From positions 9,559 to 73,558 of the forward strand of contig DATIPT010000037.1 in the NCBI GenBank assembly GCA_035471625.1: a stretch of DNA of 64,000 nucleotides, read 5' to 3'. Origin of the DNA: Anaerolineales bacterium. GTDB taxonomy: Bacteria > Chloroflexota > Anaerolineae > Anaerolineales > E44-bin32. The notes beneath the pieces were generated by a model. The model saw nothing but the letters and a program-made list of their open reading frames with translations. It was not told the DNA's origin and did no database searches. Shown in pieces: positions 18,571 to 27,258 of the stretch. Within the stretch, counting starts at the first letter, position 1, and the number at the start of each line of letters is the position of its first letter. The translations under genes were made by a program, and so were the position numbers.

Positions 18571-18897
18571 GCTTCTTCCTCCCTTGGATGAACCCCCCGC
18601 CAGGCGTTCGGTCGGCCTGACCAGGCCTGTCCATCCCTTGCGAGGCGCGGTCCTCCGCAACCTCTCAGGTACGCTGCTTCGTCAGCCGACGGAGCGGCGC
18701 CAGACGCGGCTCCTCCGAAGGTTAAGAACCCCCTTGGCCGGGTGCCGCTTCGCGGAGATGTGCGCTCTTGCTCGGGAACTTGGCAGTCTCGTCGGACCCG
18801 CTGGACCAGACGGCCTTCTGGCCGCTCTGGCCAGAACACCGGGGGCCCCGGTCGGACCCCTATCACGCCGGCGCGGCCGCGTTTCGGCTGTCGCAGG

Positions 18898-18970
18898 TGG
18901 ACCTGGCGGGATTCGAACCCGCGACCTCTTCAGTGCGATTGAAGCGCGCTCCCAACTGCGCTACAGGCCC
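18898..18970 (-). tRNA. tRNA-Ala (anticodon CGC), CCA not fully encoded
   Basis: Acceptor GGGCCUG/CAGGUCC with G3:U70, anticodon loop AUCGCAC and T-loop GGGUUCGAAUCCC. The D-arm is identical to the other tRNA-Ala. Confidence 0.9.
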
Positions 18971-18981
18971 GCGATTTCGGG

Positions 18982-18990
18982 AGTATACCA
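18982..18990 (-). promoter_or_regulatory. Extended -10 promoter (TGgTATACT) for tRNA-Ala(CGC)
   Basis: The minus strand reads TGGTATACT, followed by 11 nt and then the tRNA 5' end. Confidence 0.55.
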
Positions 18991-19243
18991 TGCAGCCTGC
19001 CGGGCCCCAGCCAGGCACACCTTCTGCCGCCAAACTTCGTCCACCGGCTGACAGGCGCACTCGTCCCCGAGCCGCATCCTCGGGATGGTGATCGTGCCTC
19101 CTGGCGAGAGCGTCGCGGTGAGCACCAACGTGCCTCCAGTGCTCTGGTCATAGAAGCTGTAGGTCTCCCCGTCCCTCCGCCCTCCCCCAGCCTTCAATCC
19201 CGACTGGCCCGCGGTTTCGCCTGCTACCGGGATTCGTCGGCAC

Positions 19244-19249
19244 TATAAT
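19244..19249 (+). promoter_or_regulatory. -10 box TATAAT upstream of the M24 peptidase gene
   Basis: GGCACTATAATCC is followed by the SD CAGGAGG and ATG 19272. Confidence 0.5.
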
Positions 19250-19271
19250 CCGCCTGTTCCCAGGAGGTCGT

Positions 19272-20378
19272 ATGAGCCAGCGGTTGGAACGGCTTCTCAC
19301 GCGGATGAAGGCCGACGGCCTCGACGCCGTCGCCGTGATCCCCGGCCCGACGTTCATCTATCTCACCGGACTGAGCTTCCACCTGATGGAACGCCCCGCC
19401 GTGCTCCTGATCCGCGACGGGCACAAGCCGGTGCTCGTCCTGTCGGAATTCGAGCGGTCGAAGGCGGATCGATCATCCATCGCCCTCGAGACTCAAACGT
19501 ACGGGGAGGATCCCGGCCGCTGGCCGGACGCCTTCGCTGCGGCCGCCCGCCGACTCGACCTGGCCGGGGCGCGGATCGGCGTCGAACCCCTCCGGATGCG
19601 GGTCCACGAGCTGCGCTTCCTGGAAGGGGCGGCCCCGACAGCCGAGGTCGTCGCCGCCAGCGGCTTGTTCGAATCGTTGCGAATCGTCAAGGATCCGGAC
19701 GAACTTGATTCCATGCGGCGGGCCGTAGCGATCGCCGAGACGGCGGTCGAGTCCACGCTGCCACTCCTGCGCCTTGGGATGACCGAGAAGGAGATCGCCG
19801 CCGAGCTCACGCTGCAGCTGCTCCGAGGAGGCTCTGAGACCGAGCTCCCATTTCAGCCGATCGTCGCCACCGGACCGAACAGCGCGCTCCCGCACTGGGT
19901 GCCTGGAGATCGAACGACCGCTCCCGGCGATCTGCTGATCATCGACTGGGGTGCGACGGTCGAGGGCTACATCTCCGACATCACCCGGACCTTCTCCGTC
20001 GGCAATCCCGACCAAAGGGCCAAGGAAATCCACAAGGTCGTCCACCAGGCCAACGCGACGGGTCGCGCCGCCGTGCGCCCCGGGGCGAGCGGCGCCGACG
20101 TCGACGAAGCCACCCGGAAGGTGATTGCCGACGCCGGCTTCGGGGAGTTCTTCCTCCATCGAACCGGACATGGGATCGGAATGGAGGCCCACGAACCGCC
20201 CTACATCCGCGACGGCAACCTGGCCGTCCTGGAGGCGGGCATGACGTTCACCGTCGAACCAGGGATCTATCTGCCCGATTTCGGCGGCGTCCGGATCGAG
20301 GACAATCTCGTCATGACCAACGCCGGTGGAGAAACGATGACGTCGCTGCCGCGCGAGCTGCGGACCATCTGCGATTGA
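19272..20378 (+). CDS. M24-family Xaa-Pro aminopeptidase/dipeptidase
   Basis: Creatinase-like N-domain plus pita-bread metal ligands (DWGATVEGYISDITRT, HRTGHGIGMEAHE, EPGIY, RIED). Confidence 0.88.
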   Translation: MSQRLERLLTRMKADGLDAVAVIPGPTFIYLTGLSFHLMERPAVLLIRDGHKPVLVLSEFERSKADRSSIALETQTYGEDPGRWPDAFAAAARRLDLAGARIGVEPLRMRVHELRFLEGAAPTAEVVAASGLFESLRIVKDPDELDSMRRAVAIAETAVESTLPLLRLGMTEKEIAAELTLQLLRGGSETELPFQPIVATGPNSALPHWVPGDRTTAPGDLLIIDWGATVEGYISDITRTFSVGNPDQRAKEIHKVVHQANATGRAAVRPGASGADVDEATRKVIADAGFGEFFLHRTGHGIGMEAHEPPYIRDGNLAVLEAGMTFTVEPGIYLPDFGGVRIEDNLVMTNAGGETMTSLPRELRTICD

Positions 20379-20405
20379 AGACCGAGGCGCGCCGAGCCCA
20401 ATAGC

Positions 20406-21572
20406 ATGACACGCGATCTTCGTCTTCTTGCCGCGTCCCTCTTGTGCTGGGGAATCGGCGAAGGGCTCTTCTTCTACCTGCAGCCGGTCTACCTCGCACA
20501 ACTCGGCGCCGACCCGGTGCAGGTTGGGTTCATCCTTGGCCTGGCCGGCGCGGCGATGACCGTCACCCATATCCCGGCCGGGCTGCTGGCAGACCGGTTC
20601 GGCCGGAAAGCGATGATGGGCACGGCCTGGATCTTCGGCACGGTGGCGACCGTCCTGATGGCTCTGGCGACCAGCCTGTGGGTCTTTGTCGGTGCCCTGG
20701 TCCTGTACTATCTAACATCGTTCGTCATGGCACCGATGTCGAGCTACGTCGCGTCGGCCCGCGGATCCTGGACCACGGGTCGGGCGCTCACAACGATCTC
20801 GGCCGCCTTCAACGCCGGTGCCGTCATCGGCCCTCTCCTGGGAGGCCTGCTGGCCGCCCAGGCCGGCATCCGACCTCTGTTTGGCGTCGCGACGGTCCTC
20901 TTCGTGGGTTCCACCATCCTGATGTTCCTCCTTCGCCCCCAGCCGATTGAGTCTCATCCTGGAGAAGCCCGCTTCCGCTCCCTGGCAGGAAATCGGAAAG
21001 CCCGCCGGATTCTGGCTGTGATCTTTGTCGTCTTGTTCGCCGTCACTCTGAGTTGGCCGTTGACGCCTCTCTACCTGAACGAGGTTCGAGGCCTTCCGGT
21101 GGCGCAGGTCGGCGCGCTCGGCTCGCTTTTCGCACTGGGGATCGTCGTCTTCAGCCTGGCCTTGGGCCGGATCCGGGCCCGGCGCGGCTCCATGATCGGG
21201 CAAGGAATCGTCGCCGGGGCCAATCTCCTGTTGTGGCAAGGCCTGGCCATGCCGGCGTACGCTGCCGGGTACTTCTTGAGCGGAGCGTCTCGCGCCACCC
21301 GTAGCCTGCTCAGCGCCCAGATGGAAAACGTCGTCGAGCGAGCCAACCTCGGACTCTCGTTCGGTGTGGCCGAGACGGTGTCCTCCAGCGCACTCATCGT
21401 CGGTCCCCTGATCGCCGGCTTGATGTATCGGGTGGACCCGGCATCGCCCTACCCGATCAGTGTGCTCTTGATCGCTGTCTCCGTTGGGGTCTCGGCGCGA
21501 TTCCTGCCCTCGGATGATGTGAGCGTCCCGGCCGAACAGCCACATCCCAGACTGGAGGGGTTCCATGAATGA
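20406..21572 (+). CDS. MFS transporter
   Basis: About 12 TM segments and the MFS loop motif LADRFGRK. Confidence 0.8.
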   Translation: MTRDLRLLAASLLCWGIGEGLFFYLQPVYLAQLGADPVQVGFILGLAGAAMTVTHIPAGLLADRFGRKAMMGTAWIFGTVATVLMALATSLWVFVGALVLYYLTSFVMAPMSSYVASARGSWTTGRALTTISAAFNAGAVIGPLLGGLLAAQAGIRPLFGVATVLFVGSTILMFLLRPQPIESHPGEARFRSLAGNRKARRILAVIFVVLFAVTLSWPLTPLYLNEVRGLPVAQVGALGSLFALGIVVFSLALGRIRARRGSMIGQGIVAGANLLLWQGLAMPAYAAGYFLSGASRATRSLLSAQMENVVERANLGLSFGVAETVSSSALIVGPLIAGLMYRVDPASPYPISVLLIAVSVGVSARFLPSDDVSVPAEQPHPRLEGFHE

Positions 21573-22530
21573 ATGGCTCTGGGGAACGGAGTGGATCGTC
21601 GCCCTGCAATCGGCCACCGGCGGTGCGCTCGACGGCCTGATGGCATCGTTCAGCTTCTTCGGTACGGAGATGTTCTACCTGCTGGTGATGCCAGCGATTC
21701 TGTGGTGCTATGACGCCGGGCTTGGCATCCGCACCGGAGTCCTCCTGTTGGGCGGTTCCAGTCTCAACGCGACCCTGAAGCTTGCCCTGGGGCTGCCGCG
21801 CCCGTTCTGGGTCGATCCCGCGGTTCAGGCCCCACAGCCAGAATCGTCCTTCGGCCTCCCCTCAGGTCACGCCCAGAACGCCGTGGCGGTCTGGGGATAT
21901 CTCGCGTATCGTCTCCGCCGCTGGTGGGCGACAGTCCTGGCGATCGTCTTGATCCTGGGGATCTCGCTCTCTCGGCCCTACCTGGGGGTCCATTTCGCTG
22001 CCGACGTCCTGGCCGGCTGGGTGGTCGGAGGGATTGTGCTCCTGGTCTACCTCCTCGTCGAGGCTCCCGTGGCGCAATGGCTCCGGCGCCAACAACTCGC
22101 GGTCCGCTTGATCGCCGCCGGCGTGGGATCGATCAGCCTGGTGGTGATCGGAGGGCTTGTCTATCAAGCCGTGATGGACCGAACCGTGCCGGCGGAATGG
22201 ATCGAGAACTACCTGCGGGCCGTTCCAGATGCGGAAGGGTTCGAGGCGCTTTCCCCCAGCGGGCTGATCGGCGCGGCCGGGGCCTTGTTCGGCTTCGCCC
22301 TCGGCGCCGTTCTCCTCGACGCCTGGGGCCGCTTCGACGCACGCCGTGGGGACGGATGGCGGAAGGTGACGCGCTTCGTAGTGGGAGTCCTGGGGGTCCT
22401 TGCCCTGTTCATGGGCCTGGCCGCGGTCTTCCCCGAGGGGGAGATGTTCCGCTACCTGCGCTACGCCCTGGTCGGGTTCTGGATCGCGTACGGGGCACCG
22501 CGGGCGTTCGGGGTCCTACGGATCGGCTAG
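21565..22530 (+). CDS. PAP2-family membrane phosphatase
   Basis: Motifs KLALGLPRP, PSGHAQ and SRPYLGVHFAADV. It overlaps the MFS gene by 8 nt. Confidence 0.85.
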   Translation: MNEWLWGTEWIVALQSATGGALDGLMASFSFFGTEMFYLLVMPAILWCYDAGLGIRTGVLLLGGSSLNATLKLALGLPRPFWVDPAVQAPQPESSFGLPSGHAQNAVAVWGYLAYRLRRWWATVLAIVLILGISLSRPYLGVHFAADVLAGWVVGGIVLLVYLLVEAPVAQWLRRQQLAVRLIAAGVGSISLVVIGGLVYQAVMDRTVPAEWIENYLRAVPDAEGFEALSPSGLIGAAGALFGFALGAVLLDAWGRFDARRGDGWRKVTRFVVGVLGVLALFMGLAAVFPEGEMFRYLRYALVGFWIAYGAPRAFGVLRIG

Positions 22531-22548
22531 AGGCTGGTCCCCGGGGTC

Positions 22549-22944
22549 TCACGTCCCCGCGTCGTCGAGGGAAGAGTCCACCACTCGTTCCATCTCACGC
22601 CACAGAAACCAATGGCCGGCCCGGTCGCCGGCGGAGTCTGGGGCGCGATCGTAGTACAGGTCGTAGACGCCTTCGCTCGTTCGAACCCTGAAGTAGAACC
22701 GCCCCACCCCCCACGAGCCGCGGCGGATGGCGGTTTCGATGTGGGCCGGCTTCATGTTCGCCGCCATCCGCCCGCGCCGCTCATAGCGGGCCCAAACCGA
22801 GATCACTTCCTGGACGGTGAACGTTCGGCCCTCCCATTCGAACGAATCGGGAGGGCCGGGCTTCTTGCTCTGGGCCGGGGGACGGCGATGGAAGACGGCG
22901 ACCTCCGCGCCGATGAAACGAATCGGCCGCCAGGTCTCGCTCAC
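22549..22944 (-). CDS. Hypothetical conserved small protein
   Basis: ORF with normal composition just downstream of the EF-G-like gene. It has an FEWEGRTFTV...YFRVRT..GVYDLYYD beta-rich pattern. I do not recognise the family with confidence. Confidence 0.4.
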   Translation of the reverse strand: MSETWRPIRFIGAEVAVFHRRPPAQSKKPGPPDSFEWEGRTFTVQEVISVWARYERRGRMAANMKPAHIETAIRRGSWGVGRFYFRVRTSEGVYDLYYDRAPDSAGDRAGHWFLWREMERVVDSSLDDAGT

Positions 22945-22990
22945 CAGATCCGACTTCCTGCGATCGTCAAGGCCGCAGGAAGCTTGAGGC

Positions 22991-25069
22991 TCACTCCTCG
23001 TCCTCTTCCTTGCCGGCGTCCTTCTTGCGGGCAGCGATGATCCCTTCCGCTACATGCGCCGGGACGACCTCGTAGTTGGAGAACGACATCGTGAAGACGC
23101 CCCGCCCGCCCGTTACCGAACGGAGCTCGCTCGTGTAGCGCAGCATCTCGGCATGCGGCACCTTCGCCGTAACGATGCTCCGGCCGCGCTCGGTCTCCAT
23201 CCCCTGAACCCGCGCCCGCCGCGTGTTCAGGTCGCCGAGGACATCGCCCATGTGCTCTTCGGGGACCGTCACCCGGACGTCCATGATCGGCTCGAGCAGG
23301 ACCGGGCCGGCGTCGCGAAAGGCCGCCTTGAAGGCCTCCCGTCCGGCGGTCTCAAAAGCGACCGCCTTGGAGTCGACCGGGTGCTCCTTGCCATCGGTGA
23401 CCGCCACCCTCACGTTCTCGACCGGGTAGCCGGCGATGACGCCGCCCTTGAGGACGCCGCGTACGCCTTTTTCGATGGCCGGCATGAAGCTGTTGGAGAT
23501 CGCGCCGCCGAAGACCTCGTTCACGAACTCGAAGTCCTCTTCGGGGTTCGGCTCGATCCGCATGTGGACTTCGGCGAACTGCCCGGCGCCGCCGGTCTGC
23601 TTCTTGTGGCGGTGGGCGGCCTCACCGCTTCGGGTGATGGTTTCCCGATACGAGACGCGCGGCGTCTCGGTCTGCAACCCGACCTGGAACTTGTTCTCGG
23701 CCTTGCGGATGGCGACATCGATATGCTGATCGCCCATCCCCTGGAGGATCGTCTGGTTGGTGCTGGCCTCCTGGTGCCAGGAGAGGGTTGGGTCTTCTTC
23801 GCACAGGCGCGTCAGCGAGGCCCCCATCTTGGTCGAGTCGGCCTGGGTCTTGGGGAGCACGGCCACGGCGTACAAGGCGTTCGGGTACTCGGGCACGGGG
23901 ACGAGGATCCGCTGCGCCTTATCGCCCAGCGTGTCTCCGGTCCCGGCGGCCGCCAGCTTGGCCACGGTTCCGATGTCGCCCGCATGCAGCTTCTGGACCG
24001 GAATCTGTTCCTTGCCGCGCATCACATGCAAGTTGCCGAGCCGCTCTTCGGCTCCCTTGGTGTGGTTCCACAAGCGGCTATCCGAGGCGAGGCTCCCAGA
24101 AAAGACGCGCAGGTAGGTCAGCTTCCCCACGAAGGGGTCGGCCGTCGTCTTCCAAACGTACACGGCCAACGGTCCGGCGTCGGACCCGGTAAGTTCCACT
24201 TCCCCCGAGGGTCCCTCGCCACGGACCGGGGGCGCCTCGCCCGGTGACGGAAACCATTCGATGATGGAGTCCAGCAGCGGTAGCGCACCGATCCCGGCGG
24301 TCCCGGCGGCGACGAAGACCGGCACCACACGGCCCGACCGGACGGCCTGACGAAAGCCCTTGGCGATCTCTTCGGCCGAGAGCTCCTCCCCGCCAAGGTA
24401 CTTCTCGAGCAGGGAGTCATCGCCCTCGGCGGCCGCTTCGACCACGACGATCCGGGCGTCTTCGGCCTCCGAGCGCAGGTCCTCCGGGACCTCGCCAATC
24501 TCCTTGCCGTCGCCGAGGCGGACCTTCATCGTCAGCAGGTCGAGGGCGCCCTTGAAGCCGGCCTTCTCGCCCACCGGGAGCTGGACCGGAACGAATGCCG
24601 TCTCGCTGGAAAGGCTGCGGACGGACTCCAAGGCCCTGGCGAAGCTGGCGTTGTCGCGATCCATCTTGCTGATGACGACGAAGCGAGGCAAAGAGAGCTG
24701 GTCGCAGTACCCCCAGACCACCTCCGTCCCAACTTCGACCCCGGAGACGGCGTCGATCAAGACGACCGCGCCTTCCACGACACGCAGGGCGGAGATCACC
24801 TCGCCGACAAAGTCGGTGTAGCCGGGCGTGTCGAGCAGGTTGATCTTGGTGTCGGTGTGCTCGAGCGGGACGACAGCGGTAGAGAGGGAGAGCTTGCGGC
24901 GGACTTCCTCTTCCTCGAAGTCGGAGGCGGTGTTTCCCTCCTCGACCTTTCCCATGCGGGTCGTCACTCCGGTGGCAAAGAGCGCAGCCTCGACCAGCGA
25001 TGTCTTGCCCGCGCCGCCATGCGAAACCAGCGCGACATTCCGGAGATGATCGGTCGCGTATTCCTTCAT
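22991..25069 (-). CDS. fusA: Elongation factor G family GTPase (stand-alone paralogue, not in an rps/str context)
   Basis: G1 SHGGAGKTS, G3 DTPGYTDF, and EF-G domains II-V (e.g. GDTLGD, HPVDSK). Confidence 0.88.
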   Translation of the reverse strand: MKEYATDHLRNVALVSHGGAGKTSLVEAALFATGVTTRMGKVEEGNTASDFEEEEVRRKLSLSTAVVPLEHTDTKINLLDTPGYTDFVGEVISALRVVEGAVVLIDAVSGVEVGTEVVWGYCDQLSLPRFVVISKMDRDNASFARALESVRSLSSETAFVPVQLPVGEKAGFKGALDLLTMKVRLGDGKEIGEVPEDLRSEAEDARIVVVEAAAEGDDSLLEKYLGGEELSAEEIAKGFRQAVRSGRVVPVFVAAGTAGIGALPLLDSIIEWFPSPGEAPPVRGEGPSGEVELTGSDAGPLAVYVWKTTADPFVGKLTYLRVFSGSLASDSRLWNHTKGAEERLGNLHVMRGKEQIPVQKLHAGDIGTVAKLAAAGTGDTLGDKAQRILVPVPEYPNALYAVAVLPKTQADSTKMGASLTRLCEEDPTLSWHQEASTNQTILQGMGDQHIDVAIRKAENKFQVGLQTETPRVSYRETITRSGEAAHRHKKQTGGAGQFAEVHMRIEPNPEEDFEFVNEVFGGAISNSFMPAIEKGVRGVLKGGVIAGYPVENVRVAVTDGKEHPVDSKAVAFETAGREAFKAAFRDAGPVLLEPIMDVRVTVPEEHMGDVLGDLNTRRARVQGMETERGRSIVTAKVPHAEMLRYTSELRSVTGGRGVFTMSFSNYEVVPAHVAEGIIAARKKDAGKEEDEE

Positions 25070-25185
25070 CGGTTGATGAGCCTCCCGCGGGGTGTCGTGG
25101 GTCGAATTCTAAGGGATGAGAGGAGGGCTGTCAAAGGATTCGGTTCGCGACGAGCGACCCTCACGCGCCGAGGCAACCTCGTGAA

Positions 25186-25194
25186 TGATAGAAT
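25186..25194 (+). promoter_or_regulatory. Extended -10 promoter (TGaTAGAAT) giving a near-leaderless transcript
   Basis: TGATAGAAT ends 9 nt before ATG 25204, and there is no SD in between. Confidence 0.55.
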
Positions 25195-25203
25195 CGTCAT
25201 GCC

Positions 25204-25689
25204 ATGGCGTCCGTGGTCAACCAGTACTCCTTCCTCCTCGCCGGCATTGGCGCGCTGGCTCTGCTGGCGGCCATCCTGTTCCGCGATGGCATCAAGTCCG
25301 GCGACTTCCTGGCCCTGGGCGCCCTGACCCTCGGTCTGGCGCTTGCCTATGGCCTGCTCCGCCCCGGCCAGGGGACGGCCGATACGACCGACGCCGTCCG
25401 GGCCGAAATCGGCAAGGGCACCCCAGTCCTGCTTGAATTCCAGAGCCCCTTCTGACTCGGCTGCATGGCGGTCAGACCCGTCGTGGACGGAGTCGAGCTT
25501 GAGTACGAGGGCAAGATGAAGGTCATCCGACTCAACGTCCAACATCCCGCCACGCGCCCGCTGGCGGAGGCCTACCGATTCCAGTACACGCCGACGTTTG
25601 TCCTGCTCGGCCCCGACGGGACCGAGCTATGGCGCTCGGTCGGCGCGCTCGATCCCGAGGCCGTTCGAGACAGCCTGGGGTCCCCTTGA
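25204..25689 (+). CDS. Membrane-anchored thioredoxin-fold selenoprotein (U-x-x-C), in-frame TGA at 25453-25455 read as selenocysteine
   Basis: Track ORFs 25204..25455 and 25465..25689 are in the same frame. The joined product has 2 TM helices, then PVLLEFQSPF-U-LGC-MAVRPVVDGVELEYEGKMKVIRLNVQ...YTPTFVLLGPDG. That is a thioredoxin layout with the TGA at the first redox Cys. Confidence 0.75.
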
Positions 25690-26243
25690 GGCGACGCCTC
25701 CGATTTGAATGGAAATACTGGAAAGGCCGTCCAGCATGGGATAGCGGCATCACGCCGCCGGAAGTCCTCTCCTACCTGGCGGATCGCGCCCCAGGCCGTG
25801 CGATCGATCTCGGATGCGGGACCGGCACGAACGCGATCACCCTGGCCGCCGCCGGGTGGCAGGTCACGGCCGTCGACTTCTCCTCAAGGGCTCTCGCCAC
25901 AGCCCGGCGCAAGGCCCGAGCGGCCGGCGCGGACATCCGGTTTCTGCACCGGAGCGTCACCCACCTGGGGGACATTGGTGGTCCCTTCGACCTGGCCCTC
26001 GACATCGGATGCTTCCACAGCCTGGGTGCCGCAGATCGATCCAGCTACGGGCGCGAGGTCGCCCGCCTGGTGCAGCCTGGCGGGACCTTGCTTCTGTACG
26101 CCTTCATCGATCCGGAAGGCGGTTGGCCGGCCGAGGACGACGTCCGGGCCGCGTGCGAGCCCGCTTTCGAGCTCGATGCCCTTCAGCGCGGTGAGTTTGA
26201 GGGCAGACCCTCGGGATGGTTCTGGTGGACTCGCAGGCCGTGA
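25686..26243 (+). CDS. Class I SAM-dependent methyltransferase (TehB/TPMT-like small-molecule type)
   Basis: Motif I AIDLGCGTGTNAITLAAAGWQVTAVDFS and post-I/II motifs. A TTG start at 25686 overlaps the upstream TGA (cTTGAgg). The longer track ORF would overlap the selenoprotein gene. Confidence 0.75.
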   Translation: MRRRLRFEWKYWKGRPAWDSGITPPEVLSYLADRAPGRAIDLGCGTGTNAITLAAAGWQVTAVDFSSRALATARRKARAAGADIRFLHRSVTHLGDIGGPFDLALDIGCFHSLGAADRSSYGREVARLVQPGGTLLLYAFIDPEGGWPAEDDVRAACEPAFELDALQRGEFEGRPSGWFWWTRRP

Positions 26244-27214
26244 AACGGCGAGTGTTTGTCCTCTTCCTCGACGGCGTAGGGCTGGGCGTCGCCGATCCGG
26301 AACGGAACCCGTTTTCCGTCGCGCGAACGCGTCACATCCGTGAGGCCCTGGGAGGACAACCGCTCCTGCAGGCCAGCGCCCCGTGTGTAGGGCCGCAGGC
26401 GACACTGGTCTCGATCGACGCCTGCCTCGAGATGCCCGGCGATCCCCAGTCGGCCTCCGGGCAGGCTGCGCTCCTGACCGGCCGGAACGTCCCGCAGGAG
26501 ATCGGCGGGCACTATGGGCCCAAGCCCAACCCGCCGATCGCCGGGATCCTGCGGGAGGGCAACCTGTTCACCGAGGTTGTCCGCCGCGGCGGCACGGCAG
26601 GCCTGCTCAACGCCTATCCGCCGAGGTACTTCGAAATGATCGAGAGCGGCCGCCGCCTGTATTCGTCGATTCCTTTGGCGCTCGACGCCGCCGGGCTTCC
26701 GCTCCGCACGGCGACCGACATCCAAGAGGGCGTCGCCTTGTCGGCCGACTTCACCGGGAAGGGCTGGTCGGAGCAACCCGGCTTTCCTCCAGTGCCGATC
26801 TATGCGCGCGCCGAATCGGGCGGGAAGATGGCCGACCTCGCCCGCCAGTTCGACCTGTCGTGGTTCGACTTCTGGCCCAGCGACGTCGCCGGGCATCGTT
26901 CCAAGATGGCCCAGGCGGTCGAGCTCGTCGAGCATCTGGATGAGGTCCTCGGCGGATTCCTGGAGGCCTGGCGCGACGGCCCAGACTTGGCCCTGATCAC
27001 CTCCGACCACGGCAACCTGGAGGACCTCTCCGATCGCGGTCATACCCGCAACCCTGTCCCCGGCATCTTGATCGGTCCGGCCGATCTGCGGGCCGAACTC
27101 GCGCCACGCCTCCGGCGCCTGACGGACTTCTACGACGTCATTCTCGACGTGCTGTTTGGGAATGGACCGTCTCGCCACCATGGCGACGAGCCGGTCCCGG
27201 TTCGGCCTCCTTGA
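26240..27214 (+). CDS. Metalloenzyme-superfamily protein (phosphopentomutase / cofactor-independent PGM / alkaline-phosphatase-like)
   Basis: N-terminal FVLFLDGVGLG and C-terminal LITSDHGNLEDLSDRGHTRNPVP metal-ligand motifs. A GTG at 26240 overlaps the upstream stop (GTGA). Confidence 0.65.
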   Translation: MKRRVFVLFLDGVGLGVADPERNPFSVARTRHIREALGGQPLLQASAPCVGPQATLVSIDACLEMPGDPQSASGQAALLTGRNVPQEIGGHYGPKPNPPIAGILREGNLFTEVVRRGGTAGLLNAYPPRYFEMIESGRRLYSSIPLALDAAGLPLRTATDIQEGVALSADFTGKGWSEQPGFPPVPIYARAESGGKMADLARQFDLSWFDFWPSDVAGHRSKMAQAVELVEHLDEVLGGFLEAWRDGPDLALITSDHGNLEDLSDRGHTRNPVPGILIGPADLRAELAPRLRRLTDFYDVILDVLFGNGPSRHHGDEPVPVRPP

Positions 27215-27240
27215 CGCTCCTTCGCGCCGCACGGTAAGAT
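27211..27240 (+). promoter_or_regulatory. Sigma70-type promoter (TTGACG - 18 nt - TAAGAT)
   Basis: The -35 lies at 27211-27216 and the -10 at 27235-27240, 18 nt before ATG 27259. Confidence 0.55.
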
Positions 27241-27258
27241 GACGTTGGTCGATAGGCG

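Noticed and set aside
16946-18634. 562-aa minus-strand ORF overlapping the TM-helix-repeat gene in another frame
   Set aside because: It is extremely Arg/Gly/Pro/Asp-rich and runs across the tRNA-Ala(GGC) promoter region. The competing frame encodes regular TM helices and has a proper SD.
18571-18897. Assignment of the long leader to the ydaO/c-di-AMP riboswitch class
   Set aside because: Only scattered short similarities were found. The conserved pseudo-symmetric cores could not be aligned by eye. I kept it only as an unclassified structured leader.
16880-18970. Genomic island or mobile element bounded by the two tRNA-Ala genes
   Set aside because: I saw no integrase, transposase or direct repeat of a tRNA 3' end, and no compositional break by eye. 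Only one ordinary membrane-protein gene lies between them.
25465-25689. Treating 25465..25689 as an independent 74-aa gene
   Set aside because: It has no SD and lies only 9 nt after the upstream TGA in the same frame. It would encode a thioredoxin fold lacking beta1 and the first redox residue, so the Sec read-through model explains the data better. This remains unproven without SECIS and Sec-machinery evidence.
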